NCBI GenBank assembly: GCA_009841165.1
Contig: VXMI01000066.1
Coordinates: 3,388-67,387 of the forward strand
Direction: 5' to 3'
Origin: Gemmatimonadota bacterium
GTDB lineage: Bacteria > Gemmatimonadota > Gemmatimonadetes > Longimicrobiales > Gaopeijiaceae
Length of the DNA: 64,000 nt
The translations under genes were made by a program, and so were the position numbers. The notes under the pieces are model-generated. The model did no database searches. It was not told the origin of the DNA and saw nothing but the letters and a program-made list of their open reading frames with translations. Positions within the stretch are counted from its first letter, which is position 1. Every line of letters starts with the position of its first letter. Below, in pieces: positions 19,405 through 29,329 of the stretch.

Positions 19405-21779
19405 CCCGAACCAGCCGGGCCGTAGAGCCAGCGGTACAGCGCCCGGTTCCTTACCACGTTCTTGATGTATCCGCGGGTCTCGACGAAGGGGATGCGCTCG
19501 GTGAACCGGTGCGGGTCCTCGGCTTCCGGGAACCGGCGCCAGCGGTTGGCGCGCGTGGGACCCGCGTTGTAGGCCGACAGCACCAGAAGGATGTCGCCGT
19601 CGTAGCGGTCGTACAGCTCGGCAAGGTACCTGGTTCCGAGGTGGACGTTGACCTCGGCCGTCCTGAGCGCTTCGGTCGTGTATCCGCGTGGCCCGACCGC
19701 ACGCGCCAACTGGCGCCCGGTCGCGGGCATGATCTGCATCAGGCCGATGGCACCGGCCGACGACCCTATCGAGGGTACGAAGGCGCTCTCCTGCCTGATG
19801 AGGCCGGCCACGAGGTAGGTGTCCAGCCCCATTTCCTCGGCACGGGCGGTGATGAGCGCGCGGAACGGGAAGGGGTACACGACCTCCAGGAGATCCCGGC
19901 TCCACTCCTCCCCGCGATCGCGCAGCTCCAACCCCAGACGGATGCCGTCCAGGGTGCGGCCACCCTCGTTGAGTACACCGGCCAGGGCCAGCGCCAGCTC
20001 GGTCGAATCCCGCACGGCGGCCTTGAGGCGCGTGACGAGGGCATCGGCCCCCTCCGCCAGATCGGCCTCGTCGAGCACCGACAGTGTCTCGAGTCCCCTG
20101 GCCAGCCACTCAGGTGGAGGAAGGGCCGGACCGGGGTTCTGCTGCACCGGCAACGGGATGACCGACCCGTGCACCTCCGCGGCGATGTGCGCGTAGTAGG
20201 ACAGGGGACTCTCGGCAACCAGTCGCGCAATCAGTTCACCATTTCCCGTGCTGTCCCCCGCGGCTTGAGCGGCGTGGGCAGCCCAATAACTCGCCTCCTC
20301 CCAGCGCCGTCCCCGGGGAAACTCGTCCAGGTAGCTCCGGAAGACCTCTGCCGCCTCCTCCGGCTCCCCCCTGGCCAGGTGAATCTGAGCCCAACGCATC
20401 CTTGCGAGCCCTGACCGGTCGGCGGTCGGAAGCATGGTGGCAGTGAGACGGTACTGTTCGATCGCCTGGTTGAGCCTTCCCGCGTCCTGGTGATCGTCAC
20501 CCCGGAAGAAGACGATGTCCACCGCCTCGCGGGAAGCCGGATAACGCTCGAGAAGACGTTCCTGCAGGATGCGAGCGTCGCCGTGCCGGCCCTGGCGGGT
20601 CCGAATCGTCGCCCAGGCACTCAGCGCCGCCAGGCCGACCGCGGGGTCGCCGGACGCGGACAGTTCCCGGTACACCTCGACCGCGGCACCGCGGTCACCG
20701 CTGCCGTTGTAGGCTCGCGCGAGCGCAAGCCGCTCGGACTCCGTGAGCACGGCTCCTCGCTGGACCGCAACTCTCCAGGCCCGCACAGCCAGACCGAACT
20801 CGGCACTCCGCCCGAAAGCCGTAGCCACCAGCTTCAGGATCCCGGGGCCGGAATCGCGTGCGACCCTCCAGTGCGCATTGGCCGCGGCCAGGGGCTCCTG
20901 CCCGGCCGTGGTGCGTCGCAACAGCTCCTCCATCGCCGACACGGCACCCGCCGAGTCACCGAGCGCGAGCCGGTAGCGCCAGCGCCTGTCGAGAAGTTCG
21001 ACCGGGGCGCGGGTCGAACTCTGAGGCAGCGTGACCTCCCCAAGCACCTCCAGGGCCCGGGCCGTATCCCCGGCGGCGGCCCATGCGTCCGACTCGAGCG
21101 ACCACGCCCTCGAAAGCGTGACGGAGTCGGCTGCCGCCGCGAGAACCCGCACCACCTCCCCGGCCTCGCCCGCTTCCGCCAGCGTGTGGCCCATCGCCAG
21201 CGCCGTCCATGCCGCCACGGGTCCCGAGCGGTCGGCGAGCTGCACCAGGGTCGAGAGCGCCTCGTCATACAAGGCATCGCGGGCCAGGGCGCGCGCCACC
21301 AGTGAAAGGGCCGCCGACACTTCCTTCGACGACCCGGGACTCGTCTCGAGAAAACGCCTGTACGCGAACAGGGCACCGTCCTCGTTCCCCGAAGCCCGGC
21401 GCGCCGAAGCCAGTAGATACCAGAAGCGTGGCAGAGCGCGCGCGGTGTCGATCGCCCCGGTCGAGAGCGCCGCCAGCGCCCCCTCCCAGTTCCTCCATCC
21501 CGCTTCCGCCTCGGCCAAGAGGAGCCGGTCCGACAGCGAAACGCCTTCCAGCGTTGGGAAGATCTCGTGCAAGGCCTGGCTGGCTATCCAGAACCGGCCA
21601 TCGGAGAGTTGCTTCCGGACCGAGTCAGGAACCTGGCTGGCCTCTCCGGCGGCAGACGACTCCTGCCCGACTGCCGGAGAATGCACGGGGATGGCGAGCC
21701 CGGTGACCGCCAGCGCGAGCAGCACCGGGACTGCCATCCCCCTGTGTCCTGTTCTCCGGGGCGACCTGTCCCGCTTCAT
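19401..21779 (-). CDS. slt: Soluble lytic murein transglycosylase (Slt70-like: superhelical/TPR-like N-domain plus SLT catalytic domain)
   Basis: The C-terminus reads LIRQESAFVPSIGSSAGAIGLMQIMPATG...LSAYNAGPTRANRW. The signal peptide is MKRDRSPRRTGHRGMAVPVLLALAVTGLAIPVHS. The longest ORF starts at the GTG at 21803. The stop overlaps the TTG of the ABC gene (TTGA). Confidence 0.85.
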   Translation of the reverse strand: MKRDRSPRRTGHRGMAVPVLLALAVTGLAIPVHSPAVGQESSAAGEASQVPDSVRKQLSDGRFWIASQALHEIFPTLEGVSLSDRLLLAEAEAGWRNWEGALAALSTGAIDTARALPRFWYLLASARRASGNEDGALFAYRRFLETSPGSSKEVSAALSLVARALARDALYDEALSTLVQLADRSGPVAAWTALAMGHTLAEAGEAGEVVRVLAAAADSVTLSRAWSLESDAWAAAGDTARALEVLGEVTLPQSSTRAPVELLDRRWRYRLALGDSAGAVSAMEELLRRTTAGQEPLAAANAHWRVARDSGPGILKLVATAFGRSAEFGLAVRAWRVAVQRGAVLTESERLALARAYNGSGDRGAAVEVYRELSASGDPAVGLAALSAWATIRTRQGRHGDARILQERLLERYPASREAVDIVFFRGDDHQDAGRLNQAIEQYRLTATMLPTADRSGLARMRWAQIHLARGEPEEAAEVFRSYLDEFPRGRRWEEASYWAAHAAQAAGDSTGNGELIARLVAESPLSYYAHIAAEVHGSVIPLPVQQNPGPALPPPEWLARGLETLSVLDEADLAEGADALVTRLKAAVRDSTELALALAGVLNEGGRTLDGIRLGLELRDRGEEWSRDLLEVVYPFPFRALITARAEEMGLDTYLVAGLIRQESAFVPSIGSSAGAIGLMQIMPATGRQLARAVGPRGYTTEALRTAEVNVHLGTRYLAELYDRYDGDILLVLSAYNAGPTRANRWRRFPEAEDPHRFTERIPFVETRGYIKNVVRNRALYRWLYGPAGSG

Positions 21780-21826
21780 GTTGTTCGAGCGGGATCTCGC
21801 CACGGACGCCTACGGATTGACTGGAA

Positions 21827-22537
21827 TCAGTCTCCGCCTGCGGCCTGACCCGCCTGCATGGAGAAGAGAGCGTCGATCATCTTCTGTGCCGACTCTTCCA
21901 TGTCGATGACCAGGTGGTCGATCCGGGAAACGAAGTAGTTGTGGGCGATACTCACCGGGATGGCGATCGCGAGGCCCGCCGCCGTCGTGGTCAGGGCGAT
22001 CTTGATCCCGGACGCCACCGTGGTCGCGTCCACTTCGCCCGCCAGTTCGATGGCCTGGAAGGCCGCGATCATCCCCATCACCGTTCCGAGGAAGCCGAGG
22101 AGCGGTGCCACGTTGGTGAGCGTCGCCAGAACCACGAGGCCGCTCTCCAGCTTCGACAGCTCGATAAGCCCCTGGTTTTCGATCGCCTTCATGACACGGT
22201 CCGTGCCCTCTTCCTGACGCTCCAGACCCGCGTGCAGGATGTTGGCGGCAGGGGAGTTGGATTCGCGCGTGACTTCCAGCGCTTCCTTGATCTGCTGGGC
22301 GGAGAGCAGTTCGTCGACCTCACGCAGGATCCTTCTCGTGGAAGCACTCTTCCGGAAGATGTCGAAGAACTTCCAGATGATCACCAGAATCCCGACCAGG
22401 AGACACAGGCCGAGTGGCCACCGCATGAAGCCGGCGTCCTCCCAGGACTGCGCCATCTGCTCGGTGAAGGTGAGATCTGGAGCTTCCATTCCGGGAAGCT
22501 GGAGCAGTACGTCGAAGACGTTCATCAAGCTGGCCAA
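21827..22537 (-). CDS. MotA/TolQ/ExbB-family proton channel protein
   Basis: ...LATLTNVAPLLGFLGTVMGMIAAFQAIE...GIKIALTTTAAGLAIAIPVSIAHNYF. The TTG at 22537 has AGGAGG 5 nt upstream. The longest ORF begins at 22588. Confidence 0.8.
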   Translation of the reverse strand: MASLMNVFDVLLQLPGMEAPDLTFTEQMAQSWEDAGFMRWPLGLCLLVGILVIIWKFFDIFRKSASTRRILREVDELLSAQQIKEALEVTRESNSPAANILHAGLERQEEGTDRVMKAIENQGLIELSKLESGLVVLATLTNVAPLLGFLGTVMGMIAAFQAIELAGEVDATTVASGIKIALTTTAAGLAIAIPVSIAHNYFVSRIDHLVIDMEESAQKMIDALFSMQAGQAAGGD

Positions 22538-22642
22538 GGAAACCTCCTGCGGTCGATCCTGTGCTGATGGTTGTGTCGAGCCGCGCAATCCCGCGCGACC
22601 ACGAGTCTATGGGCCCTGGGACCCGTGTGGCAACGGCTTGCC

Positions 22643-22671
22643 ATAATGCGTAGCGGCATGGGCAGTGTCAA
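22643..22671 (-). promoter_or_regulatory. Candidate sigma-70 promoter (TTGACA-N17-CATTAT) upstream of the ExbB-like gene
   Basis: The minus strand reads GGTTGACACTGCCCATGCCGCTACGCATTATGG. It has a perfect -35 and an exact 17-nt spacer. Confidence 0.45.
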
Positions 22672-22736
22672 CCCTGACGTTCGGTCGGCCAAAAACACTC
22701 GCACCGCGGACCCCTTCGGACAACACCCCGCACTAC

Positions 22737-23636
22737 TCATCTCCGCCAGGTCCATGCCCGCGAAGCGTACCTCGATTCGAAGCCCGCCGCCAATGCGCCC
22801 TCGTGCTCGTTCATGCTGCCGCGCGACCAACTGCCGCCCAGAGTCCGCGCAAAACCGGCTGAGAACTCCGCCACAAGGCGCGGCCACGCCGGCACGTCGC
22901 CGAGCACCTCCGCGAGTGTGATGGGCCGGGACGGATCGGGTGCTGCACCCCCGCGAGCACGATAGGCGCCGGCTGCGTCTCGATCGATCGCGCCGCTCCA
23001 GGCATCGTCTCCGGAGATTCCGTGGGGCGCAGCGGTCTCGCGAGCCGGGGCACCTGCCCCCGCGAGGGCGGCCCGTGCAAACAGCGGACTCTGGTCCGTC
23101 CACAGAAGAATGGATCCGTGCTGCAGGACAGCGCTTCCAATGCGTACCTGGGCGCTTCCGACCACCTTCCGGCCGGCAACCACGACCTCCCCCTCGGCGG
23201 GCTCCAGGAAACAGGGGCCCGCATCGGGCGGCAGGGCCCGCCCCCCGGAAACCCGGGCATCGGCACCCAGCCCGCGCAGCCCCTCCACCAGCGCCTCGTT
23301 GATCCTCCGATAGGCGCGCCGGGGACCCCCGAAGGCCCGGGCCGGGAGCACCACGGAATACGTGAGCTCACGGTCGTGCAGCACTGCGCGGCCCCCGGTC
23401 GGTCGCCGCACGACATCGAGGTCGGGCCGTTCGCGCAGGAACTCGCGGTATCCCACGGTGAACGGTTCGTTGCGACCGAGCGAAAGGGTGGCCGGGGTCC
23501 ACCGGTAGAGGCGCAGCGTTCCGGTACCCGGGCTGAGCGCGGCGGCAAGCGCGTGATCCCGGGCCATGTTCGTGGCGCCCGTCAGAGGCTCGTCCGCCAA
23601 CACCCGCCACGAAAGTGCCTGATCCGGAGCCTGCAT
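22737..23636 (-). CDS. lplA: Lipoate-protein ligase (LplA/LipB BPL-LPL catalytic domain family)
   Basis: LRLYRWTPATLSLGRNEP...VVRRPTGGRAVLHDRELTYSVV...VAGRKVVGSAQVRIGSAVLQHGSILL. The ATG at 23636 is 7 nt after the upstream stop. The longest ORF (to 23732) would overlap the upstream gene. Confidence 0.85.
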   Translation of the reverse strand: MQAPDQALSWRVLADEPLTGATNMARDHALAAALSPGTGTLRLYRWTPATLSLGRNEPFTVGYREFLRERPDLDVVRRPTGGRAVLHDRELTYSVVLPARAFGGPRRAYRRINEALVEGLRGLGADARVSGGRALPPDAGPCFLEPAEGEVVVAGRKVVGSAQVRIGSAVLQHGSILLWTDQSPLFARAALAGAGAPARETAAPHGISGDDAWSGAIDRDAAGAYRARGGAAPDPSRPITLAEVLGDVPAWPRLVAEFSAGFARTLGGSWSRGSMNEHEGALAAGFESRYASRAWTWRR

Positions 23637-23643
23637 TCCCGCC

Positions 23644-24330
23644 CTAGGGGGCAAAGACATCTCCCGGCTCCATGACCCGCACCTCTGCCCGGTCTCCCAC
23701 GAGGTCACGGAAGTGCTCGGGATCCTGTGCAATCAGCGGCCAGGTGTTGTAGTGGACCGGGATCACGATCTCCGGTTCGATGAAACCGACCGCTTCCGCG
23801 GCGTCTTCGGGGCCCATCGTGAAATTGTCGCCGATGGGCAGAATGGCCACGTCGACCTTGCCGCGGAGGAGCTGCATGTCGAGCAGGAGCGCGGTATCGC
23901 CGGCGTGGTAGATCCTCTTCCCGTCGAGGTGCATCAGGAATCCCCCCGGCACCGTCGTGAACTGGCCCGTGGTGTCACCGTGTACCTGTCCTCCATGCAA
24001 CGCGGCAGTCATCTTGACCCGCCCGAAGGGGAAGCTGTAGCCGCCTCCGATGTGCAGCGGGTGCCCGTTGCCGATCCCCTGGGTTTCGGCGAAGGATACG
24101 ATCTCGAAGGTGGAGATGAGGGTCGCACCGGTCTCACGGGCCAGCGGTATCGCATCGGCGAAGTGATCGAAGTGTCCGTGCGTGCACAGGATGTAGTCCA
24201 CCGCACCCACCTCGGCGCGCTTCACGTCCGACACGGGGTTGTCGTCGAAGAACGGGTCGATTGCGAGCCGGGTGCCGTCGTCCATCTCGACCGTGAAGGT
24301 CGACTGTCCGTGGAATTTCAGCTTTGCCAA
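23644..24330 (-). CDS. Metal-dependent hydrolase, MBL fold (UPF0173 family)
   Basis: (M)AKLKFHGQSTFTVEMDDGTRLAIDPFFDDNP...YILCTHGHFDHFADA...IYHAGDT. TTG start with GAGGAGGG upstream. Confidence 0.9.
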   Translation of the reverse strand: MAKLKFHGQSTFTVEMDDGTRLAIDPFFDDNPVSDVKRAEVGAVDYILCTHGHFDHFADAIPLARETGATLISTFEIVSFAETQGIGNGHPLHIGGGYSFPFGRVKMTAALHGGQVHGDTTGQFTTVPGGFLMHLDGKRIYHAGDTALLLDMQLLRGKVDVAILPIGDNFTMGPEDAAEAVGFIEPEIVIPVHYNTWPLIAQDPEHFRDLVGDRAEVRVMEPGDVFAP

Positions 24331-24382
24331 GTGTCTGGCCCTCCTCGTGGCAGGTGTCGGTCGAGCGTCTGCTCGCGTGGTC

Positions 24383-27265
24383 TCAGTCGCCGCTCCCGGC
24401 GTCCGCGTAGGCTTCGATCGGAGTGCAGGCGCAAATCAGATTTCTGTCGCCGTGTGCGTTGTCGATTCGCCCCACATGCGGCCAGAACTTGTGATCCCGC
24501 AGCCACGGGGCCGGGAAGGCCGCCTGCGCGCGGGTGTAGCCGTGGGCCCATGTGTCGGCCATGACGTGCGGCGCGGTGTGCGGCGCATTCTTGAGCGCGT
24601 TGTCCTGACGGTCCTGGATTCCCAGCTCGATCTGCTCGATCTCTGCGCGGATCGAGATCAGTGCATCGCAGAAGCGATCCAGTTCGGCCTTCGACTCGCT
24701 CTCGGTGGGCTCGATCATGATCGTGCCTGGGACCGGGAAGGCGATCGTCGGAGCGTGGAACCCATAGTCCATCAGCCGCTTGGCGACGTCCTCCTCGGTG
24801 ACGCCGGTGAGCTTCCTGATCGGGCGGATGTCGATGATGAACTCGTGCGCTACACGGCCCATCCCGCTTCCCCACCAGAAAAGGACGTCGAAGTGCTCCT
24901 CGAGCTTTACGGCCATGTAGTTGGCGCTGAGGATCGCCGTGCGCGTAGCCTCGGTGACGCCGTCTCGCCCGAGCAGGGCGATGTAGGCCCAAGAGATGAG
25001 CAGAATGCTTGCACTGCCCCAGGGTGCCGCGGAGACCGCCCCGATCGCCGCTTCGCCGCCGGTGGGTATGACGGGGTGGCCGGGCAGGTAGGGAGCCAGC
25101 TCCGCGGTCGCGCAGATCGGGCCCATTCCGGGGCCGCCACCGCCATGCGGAATCGCGAAGGTCTTGTGCAGGTTGATGTGAATGACGTCCGCGCCGTAGT
25201 CGCCGGGGCGGCACAGCCCCACCTGCGCATTGAGGTTGGCGCCGTCCAGATACACGTAGCCGCCGTGCTTGTGAATGATTTCACAAATGTTCCGGATCTC
25301 CTCCTCGAAGACGCCGTGAGTGGACGGGTAGGTCACCATCACCGCGGCCAGGCGGTCGGAGTGCTGCGCCGCCTTGGCCGCCAGATCCTCGACATCGACG
25401 TTGCCCCGTTCGTCGCAGCGGACCACCACGACCTTCATTCCGGCCAGAACCGCGCTGGCCGGATTGGTGCCGTGTGCCGACGACGGGATCAGGCAGACAT
25501 CGCGATGCTGCTGTCCCAGGGCGTGATGGCGGGCGCGGATCACGAGCAGGCCCGTGTACTCTCCCTGCGCTCCCGAATTGGGCTGCAGCGATACCGCGGG
25601 GAGACCGCTGATTTCCGCCAGCCAGTCGCTCAGGTCGGCCACGATGCGGGCGTATCCCCGGGCCTGTTCAGGCGGCGCAAAGGGATGCAGCTGACCGAAC
25701 CCGGGCCATGTGACCGGGGTCATCTGCGTTGTCGCATTCAGCTTCATGGTGCACGATCCGAGAGGGATCATGCTGGTGGTCAGAGAGAGGTCCCGCGACT
25801 CGAGGCGGCGAATGTAGCGCAGCATCTCCGTCTCGGAACGGTAGGAGTTGAAGACCGGGTGCCGCAGGTAGTCGCTGGTCCGGTCGAATGGCTCCGGATA
25901 GTCGCCCGGTTCGAAGGACGCGGCGAGTACGACCGCGCTTGCATCGGCTCCGAATACGGCCAGGAGATCATCCAGGTCGGCGGGCGTCACCGTCTCGTCC
26001 AACGCGACACACACCGTCCCGTCCCCAAGGTCACGGAGATTGATCCGCCTGCTCCGCGCCGCCGCCAGGACGTCTTCGGCCGGGGCCGCGGGCCGCACGC
26101 GCAAGGTATCGAAGTACACCGAGTGGATGACTTCGTTGCCGGCCTGCTCCAGTCCGCGCGCGAGAGTGGCCGTCTGCTTCCGGATGCGCCCGGCGATCCT
26201 CCTGATGCCCTCCGGCCCGTGATAGACCGCATACATGCCCGCCATGACGGCCAGAAGCACCTGCGCCGTGCAGATGTTCGACGTGGCCTTCTCGCGCCGG
26301 ATGTGCTGCTCCCGGGTCTGCAGGGCCATCCGGAGGGCGGGGTTGCCGTGACGGTCCACCGACACGCCGATGATGCGTCCGGGCAGCTTCCGCTTGAAAC
26401 GTTCCCCGCAGGCGATGTACGCCGCGTGCGGGCCGCCGTATCCCATCGGCACTCCGAAGCGCTGGGTATTTCCGACCGCGACATCGGCCCCGAATTCGCC
26501 AGGCGGCGCAAGGAGGGCGAGCGCCATGAGATCGGCGGCCACCACGACGTGGCCGCCGGCCGCATGTGCCGCGTCACAGAGGGAACGGTAGTCGCCCACG
26601 CGACCATCGGTCGCCGGATACTGCACGAGGGCACCAAAGACTTCCCCGTCGAAGACAAAGCGCTCCGCTGGCCCCACACGGACGTCGATGCCGAGAGGCT
26701 CGGCACGTGTTCTGACGACTCCGATCGTCTGCGGATGACAGTCCTCCGCCACCAGAAAGACATGCCCGCGACGGCGCCTGCCCTGCCCGTAAAGCATCGT
26801 CATGGCCTCGGCGGCGGCCGTCGCTTCGTCGAGCAGCGACGCGTTGGCGATCTCGAGCCCTGTCAGATCGATTACGGCGGTCTGGAAATTGAGCAGCGCC
26901 TCCAGACGGCCCTGCGCGATTTCGGCCTGGTACGGTGTGTATTGTGTGTACCATCCGGGATTCTCGAGGATGTTGCGCTGGATCACACCCGGCGTGATGG
27001 TGCCGGAATAGCCCATCCCGAGATAGCTTCGCCACACCTCGTTCCCGGACGCGATTGACCGCAGCCGCTCCAGCAACTCCGCCTCCGGCACACTTTCGGG
27101 GATTTGCAGGGGCCCCTGGAAGCGAATCCCGGCGGGCACCGTCTCCCCCATGAGGTCGTCCAGGGTGTCGCATCCGACGAGTTCCAGCATCTCGCGGACA
27201 TCTTCCGCACGCGGCCCCAGGTGGCGAGCCGCAAAGTCGGGAGGATGGCTTATCGGGGTACGCAT
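24383..27265 (-). CDS. gcvP: Glycine dehydrogenase (decarboxylating), single-chain P protein
   Basis: 960 aa: ...[49 protein letters not shown]...[20 protein letters not shown]. Confidence 0.95.
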   Translation of the reverse strand: MRTPISHPPDFAARHLGPRAEDVREMLELVGCDTLDDLMGETVPAGIRFQGPLQIPESVPEAELLERLRSIASGNEVWRSYLGMGYSGTITPGVIQRNILENPGWYTQYTPYQAEIAQGRLEALLNFQTAVIDLTGLEIANASLLDEATAAAEAMTMLYGQGRRRRGHVFLVAEDCHPQTIGVVRTRAEPLGIDVRVGPAERFVFDGEVFGALVQYPATDGRVGDYRSLCDAAHAAGGHVVVAADLMALALLAPPGEFGADVAVGNTQRFGVPMGYGGPHAAYIACGERFKRKLPGRIIGVSVDRHGNPALRMALQTREQHIRREKATSNICTAQVLLAVMAGMYAVYHGPEGIRRIAGRIRKQTATLARGLEQAGNEVIHSVYFDTLRVRPAAPAEDVLAAARSRRINLRDLGDGTVCVALDETVTPADLDDLLAVFGADASAVVLAASFEPGDYPEPFDRTSDYLRHPVFNSYRSETEMLRYIRRLESRDLSLTTSMIPLGSCTMKLNATTQMTPVTWPGFGQLHPFAPPEQARGYARIVADLSDWLAEISGLPAVSLQPNSGAQGEYTGLLVIRARHHALGQQHRDVCLIPSSAHGTNPASAVLAGMKVVVVRCDERGNVDVEDLAAKAAQHSDRLAAVMVTYPSTHGVFEEEIRNICEIIHKHGGYVYLDGANLNAQVGLCRPGDYGADVIHINLHKTFAIPHGGGGPGMGPICATAELAPYLPGHPVIPTGGEAAIGAVSAAPWGSASILLISWAYIALLGRDGVTEATRTAILSANYMAVKLEEHFDVLFWWGSGMGRVAHEFIIDIRPIRKLTGVTEEDVAKRLMDYGFHAPTIAFPVPGTIMIEPTESESKAELDRFCDALISIRAEIEQIELGIQDRQDNALKNAPHTAPHVMADTWAHGYTRAQAAFPAPWLRDHKFWPHVGRIDNAHGDRNLICACTPIEAYADAGSGD

Positions 27266-27655
27266 CTACTCCCCGATGTGGGCCATGTAGCTGGCGCCGT
27301 CCATGAGTGCCTCCACGTCGGCCGGGTCATCCACGCGCAGCGTCACCATCCATCCTTCGCCGTAGGGATCGGTATTCACGAGCGCGGGATCGTCGTCCAG
27401 GGCCTCGTTGATGTCCACGACCTCCCCGGCAACGGGGCAATACAGGTCGCTGACCGCCTTGACGGCCTCGATCGTGCCGAAGGTGTCCATCGGTCCGAAG
27501 GTGTCACCGGGTTCGGGCAGCTCGACGTACACCACGTCGCCGAGTTCTCCCTGCGCATAGTCCGTAATCCCGACGAAGAAGATGTCGGGTTCGTCCGCTT
27601 CTCGAAGGTATTCGTGCTCTTCCGTGTACCTTAGTCCGTCCGGGATGTGAGACAT
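27266..27655 (-). CDS. gcvH: Glycine cleavage system H protein
   Basis: MSHIPDGLRYTEEHEYL...GITDYAQGELGDVVYVELPEPGDTF...GTIEAVKAVSDLYCPVAGEV (lipoyl-Lys motif EAVKA). GGAG lies 6 nt upstream of the ATG at 27655. The stop abuts the gcvP ATG. Confidence 0.95.
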   Translation of the reverse strand: MSHIPDGLRYTEEHEYLREADEPDIFFVGITDYAQGELGDVVYVELPEPGDTFGPMDTFGTIEAVKAVSDLYCPVAGEVVDINEALDDDPALVNTDPYGEGWMVTLRVDDPADVEALMDGASYMAHIGE

Positions 27656-27709
27656 GGCCGTCTCCGCTGGAGTTGTCTGATGCGCTCGTGGCTGGAGCGG
27701 GAGCGACAG

Positions 27710-27756
27710 AAAAAAAGCCGCCGCAGGCGAGGGCGTCAAGCCGGAACGCCGCGCGG
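27710..27756 (-). terminator. Intrinsic-terminator-like hairpin plus U7 inside the gcvHP 5' leader (attenuator candidate)
   Basis: The minus-strand RNA is CCGCGCGGCGUUCCGGCUUGACGCCCUCGCCUGCGGCGGC followed by UUUUUUU (27710-27716). It lies 55 nt upstream of the gcvH ATG. No minus-strand gene lies upstream that it could terminate. Confidence 0.45.
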
Positions 27757-27912
27757 AGGGGTCTCCCGCAGTGTACTCCCTTCGCGTTCCAACGCGCCGC
27801 GGGTTAGATTACATCTTTTCGGCGGACCTGGAGCACGGTCGACGCGTGCCCGATGGCATCTTCGGCGAGATCGGTACTTCTGGCGCCTCCTGGAGCACAC
27901 GATGGAGCGGGA

Positions 27913-29076
27913 ATGACTACGCTGGCCCATCCTCAGGCACTCACGAAGCTCGGTGAAGAAGAGGGGATGTTCCGCGATGCGGTTCGCGAGTTCGCTCAGT
28001 CCGAGGTTGCGCCCAGGGTCCCCCGGATGGAGGCATCCGCCGAGATCGACTCCGAACTGATTTCCCTCTTCTTCGAACTCGGCTTCATGGGGGTCGAGAT
28101 TCCCGAGCACTACGGCGGAATCGGGACCAGTTTCTTCACCACAACCCTCGTTGTCGAGGAGCTTTCCCGCGTGGACCCCTCGGTCGCCGTCCTGGTCGAT
28201 GTTCAGAACACGCTGGTCAACAACGCCCTGCTGCGCTGGGGCACCCGGGAGCAGTTGGGAAAGTTCCTTCCCCGGCTGGCCTCGGGCACCGTGGGTGCAT
28301 ACGCACTCTCGGAGGCCGGAAGCGGCTCCGACGCCTTCGCCCTTTCGCTTAGGGCCGATCCCGACGGAGACGACTGGGTGCTGAACGGGCGCAAGCTCTG
28401 GATCACCAACGGAGCCGAGGCCGGAATCTACATCGTCTTCGGCAATGCCAGCCCGGAGCTGGGCTACAAGGGGATCACGGCCTTCCTGGTTGAACGGGAC
28501 ATGCCTGGTTTCGCAGTGGGGAAGAAGGAGGACAAGCTGGGCATCCGTGCTTCTTCCACCACCGAGCTGATCCTGGACGACGTCCGGGTTCCTTCCGAGA
28601 ACGTCCTGGGCGAGGTGGGCAGGGGCTACAAGGTCGCGATCGAGACGCTGAACGAGGGCCGCATCGGGATCGGTGCACAGATGCTGGGGCTGGCTCAGGG
28701 GGCTTTCGACCACACCCTCAGGTACGTCCAGGAGCGAGAGCAGTTCGGCCGTCCTGTCGCGGAGTTCCAGGGGGTACAGTTCCAGTTGGCCCAGATGGCC
28801 ACCGAGATCGAGGCCGCGCGCCTCATGGTGTACAATGCCGCGCGGCTCAAGGATGAGGGTGCCCGCTTCCTGCGCGAGGCCGCGATGGCGAAGCTTTACG
28901 CGTCGCAGGTCGCGCAACGGGTCTCTTCCCTGTGTATCGACCTTCATGGCGGGTACGGCTTCACTCGGGAGTATCCCGTCGAGAAGCTCTACCGCGATGC
29001 CAAGATCGGAACGATCTACGAAGGAACCAGCAACATGCAGCTGCAGACCATCGCGAAGGACCTCCTTCGTGGTTGA
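27913..29076 (+). CDS. Acyl-CoA dehydrogenase (short/branched-chain type)
   Basis: MTTLAHPQALTKLGEEEGMFRDAVREFAQSEVAP...YALSEAGSGSDAFAL...WITNG...QFGRPVAEFQGVQFQLAQMATEIEAARL...YEGTSNMQ. GGAG lies 5 nt before the ATG at 27913. Confidence 0.9.
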   Translation: MTTLAHPQALTKLGEEEGMFRDAVREFAQSEVAPRVPRMEASAEIDSELISLFFELGFMGVEIPEHYGGIGTSFFTTTLVVEELSRVDPSVAVLVDVQNTLVNNALLRWGTREQLGKFLPRLASGTVGAYALSEAGSGSDAFALSLRADPDGDDWVLNGRKLWITNGAEAGIYIVFGNASPELGYKGITAFLVERDMPGFAVGKKEDKLGIRASSTTELILDDVRVPSENVLGEVGRGYKVAIETLNEGRIGIGAQMLGLAQGAFDHTLRYVQEREQFGRPVAEFQGVQFQLAQMATEIEAARLMVYNAARLKDEGARFLREAAMAKLYASQVAQRVSSLCIDLHGGYGFTREYPVEKLYRDAKIGTIYEGTSNMQLQTIAKDLLRG

Positions 29077-29118
29077 ACCTGCTACCCGCGCGCCGGTCGC
29101 CGGCGCACGCGAGGAGGC

Positions 29119-29304
29119 GTGATGGGCGCGATAGGCATCCGGGAGATTCTCTTTGTACTCGTCGTGCTGGCGCTGATATTCGGAGCGAAGCGCCTCCCCG
29201 ATCTGGCGCGAGGGCTGGGTTCGGGTATCAGGAACTTCAAGGGGTCGTTGCGCGCGGGTGCCGAGAGCGATTCCGGAGACGGTGTCGACAGGGAGATCCA
29301 GTAG
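29119..29304 (+). CDS. tatA: Twin-arginine translocase subunit TatA/E
   Basis: MMGAIGIREILFVLVVLALIFGAKRLPDLARGLGSGIRNFKGSL. GAGGAGG lies upstream. Confidence 0.9.
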   Translation: MMGAIGIREILFVLVVLALIFGAKRLPDLARGLGSGIRNFKGSLRAGAESDSGDGVDREIQ

Positions 29305-29329
29305 CCCCGTTGCTTCGGGGCCGGGCGGG

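Noticed and set aside
24239-27058. Very long plus-strand ORF (939 aa) antisense to gcvP. Similar giant ORFs occur at 16975-19425 (+), 44784-47180 (+), 1425-3071 (+), 27736-29475 (-), 48931-50901 (-), 52128-53513 (-) and 34537-36078 (-).
   Set aside because: Their composition is dominated by Arg, Gly, Pro, Ala and His with no recognisable motifs. Each lies fully antisense or out of frame to a gene with strong family signatures. These are typical shadow ORFs of GC-rich DNA.
27656-27850. Canonical glycine riboswitch upstream of gcvH.
   Set aside because: I could not find the conserved GGAGAG / ACCGAAGG(A/G)GCAA / CUCAGG..AAGGAC blocks on the minus strand. Only a loosely similar CGCGAAGGGAGUA appears, and in the wrong order. 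The region is kept only as an attenuator candidate.
29090-29106. 7-bp GC hairpin (GCGCCGG-TCG-CCGGCGC) between the acyl-CoA dehydrogenase gene and tatA as a terminator.
   Set aside because: No U-tract follows, and the tatA SD starts 6 nt later. It may be just a stabilising stem-loop or chance GC self-complementarity.
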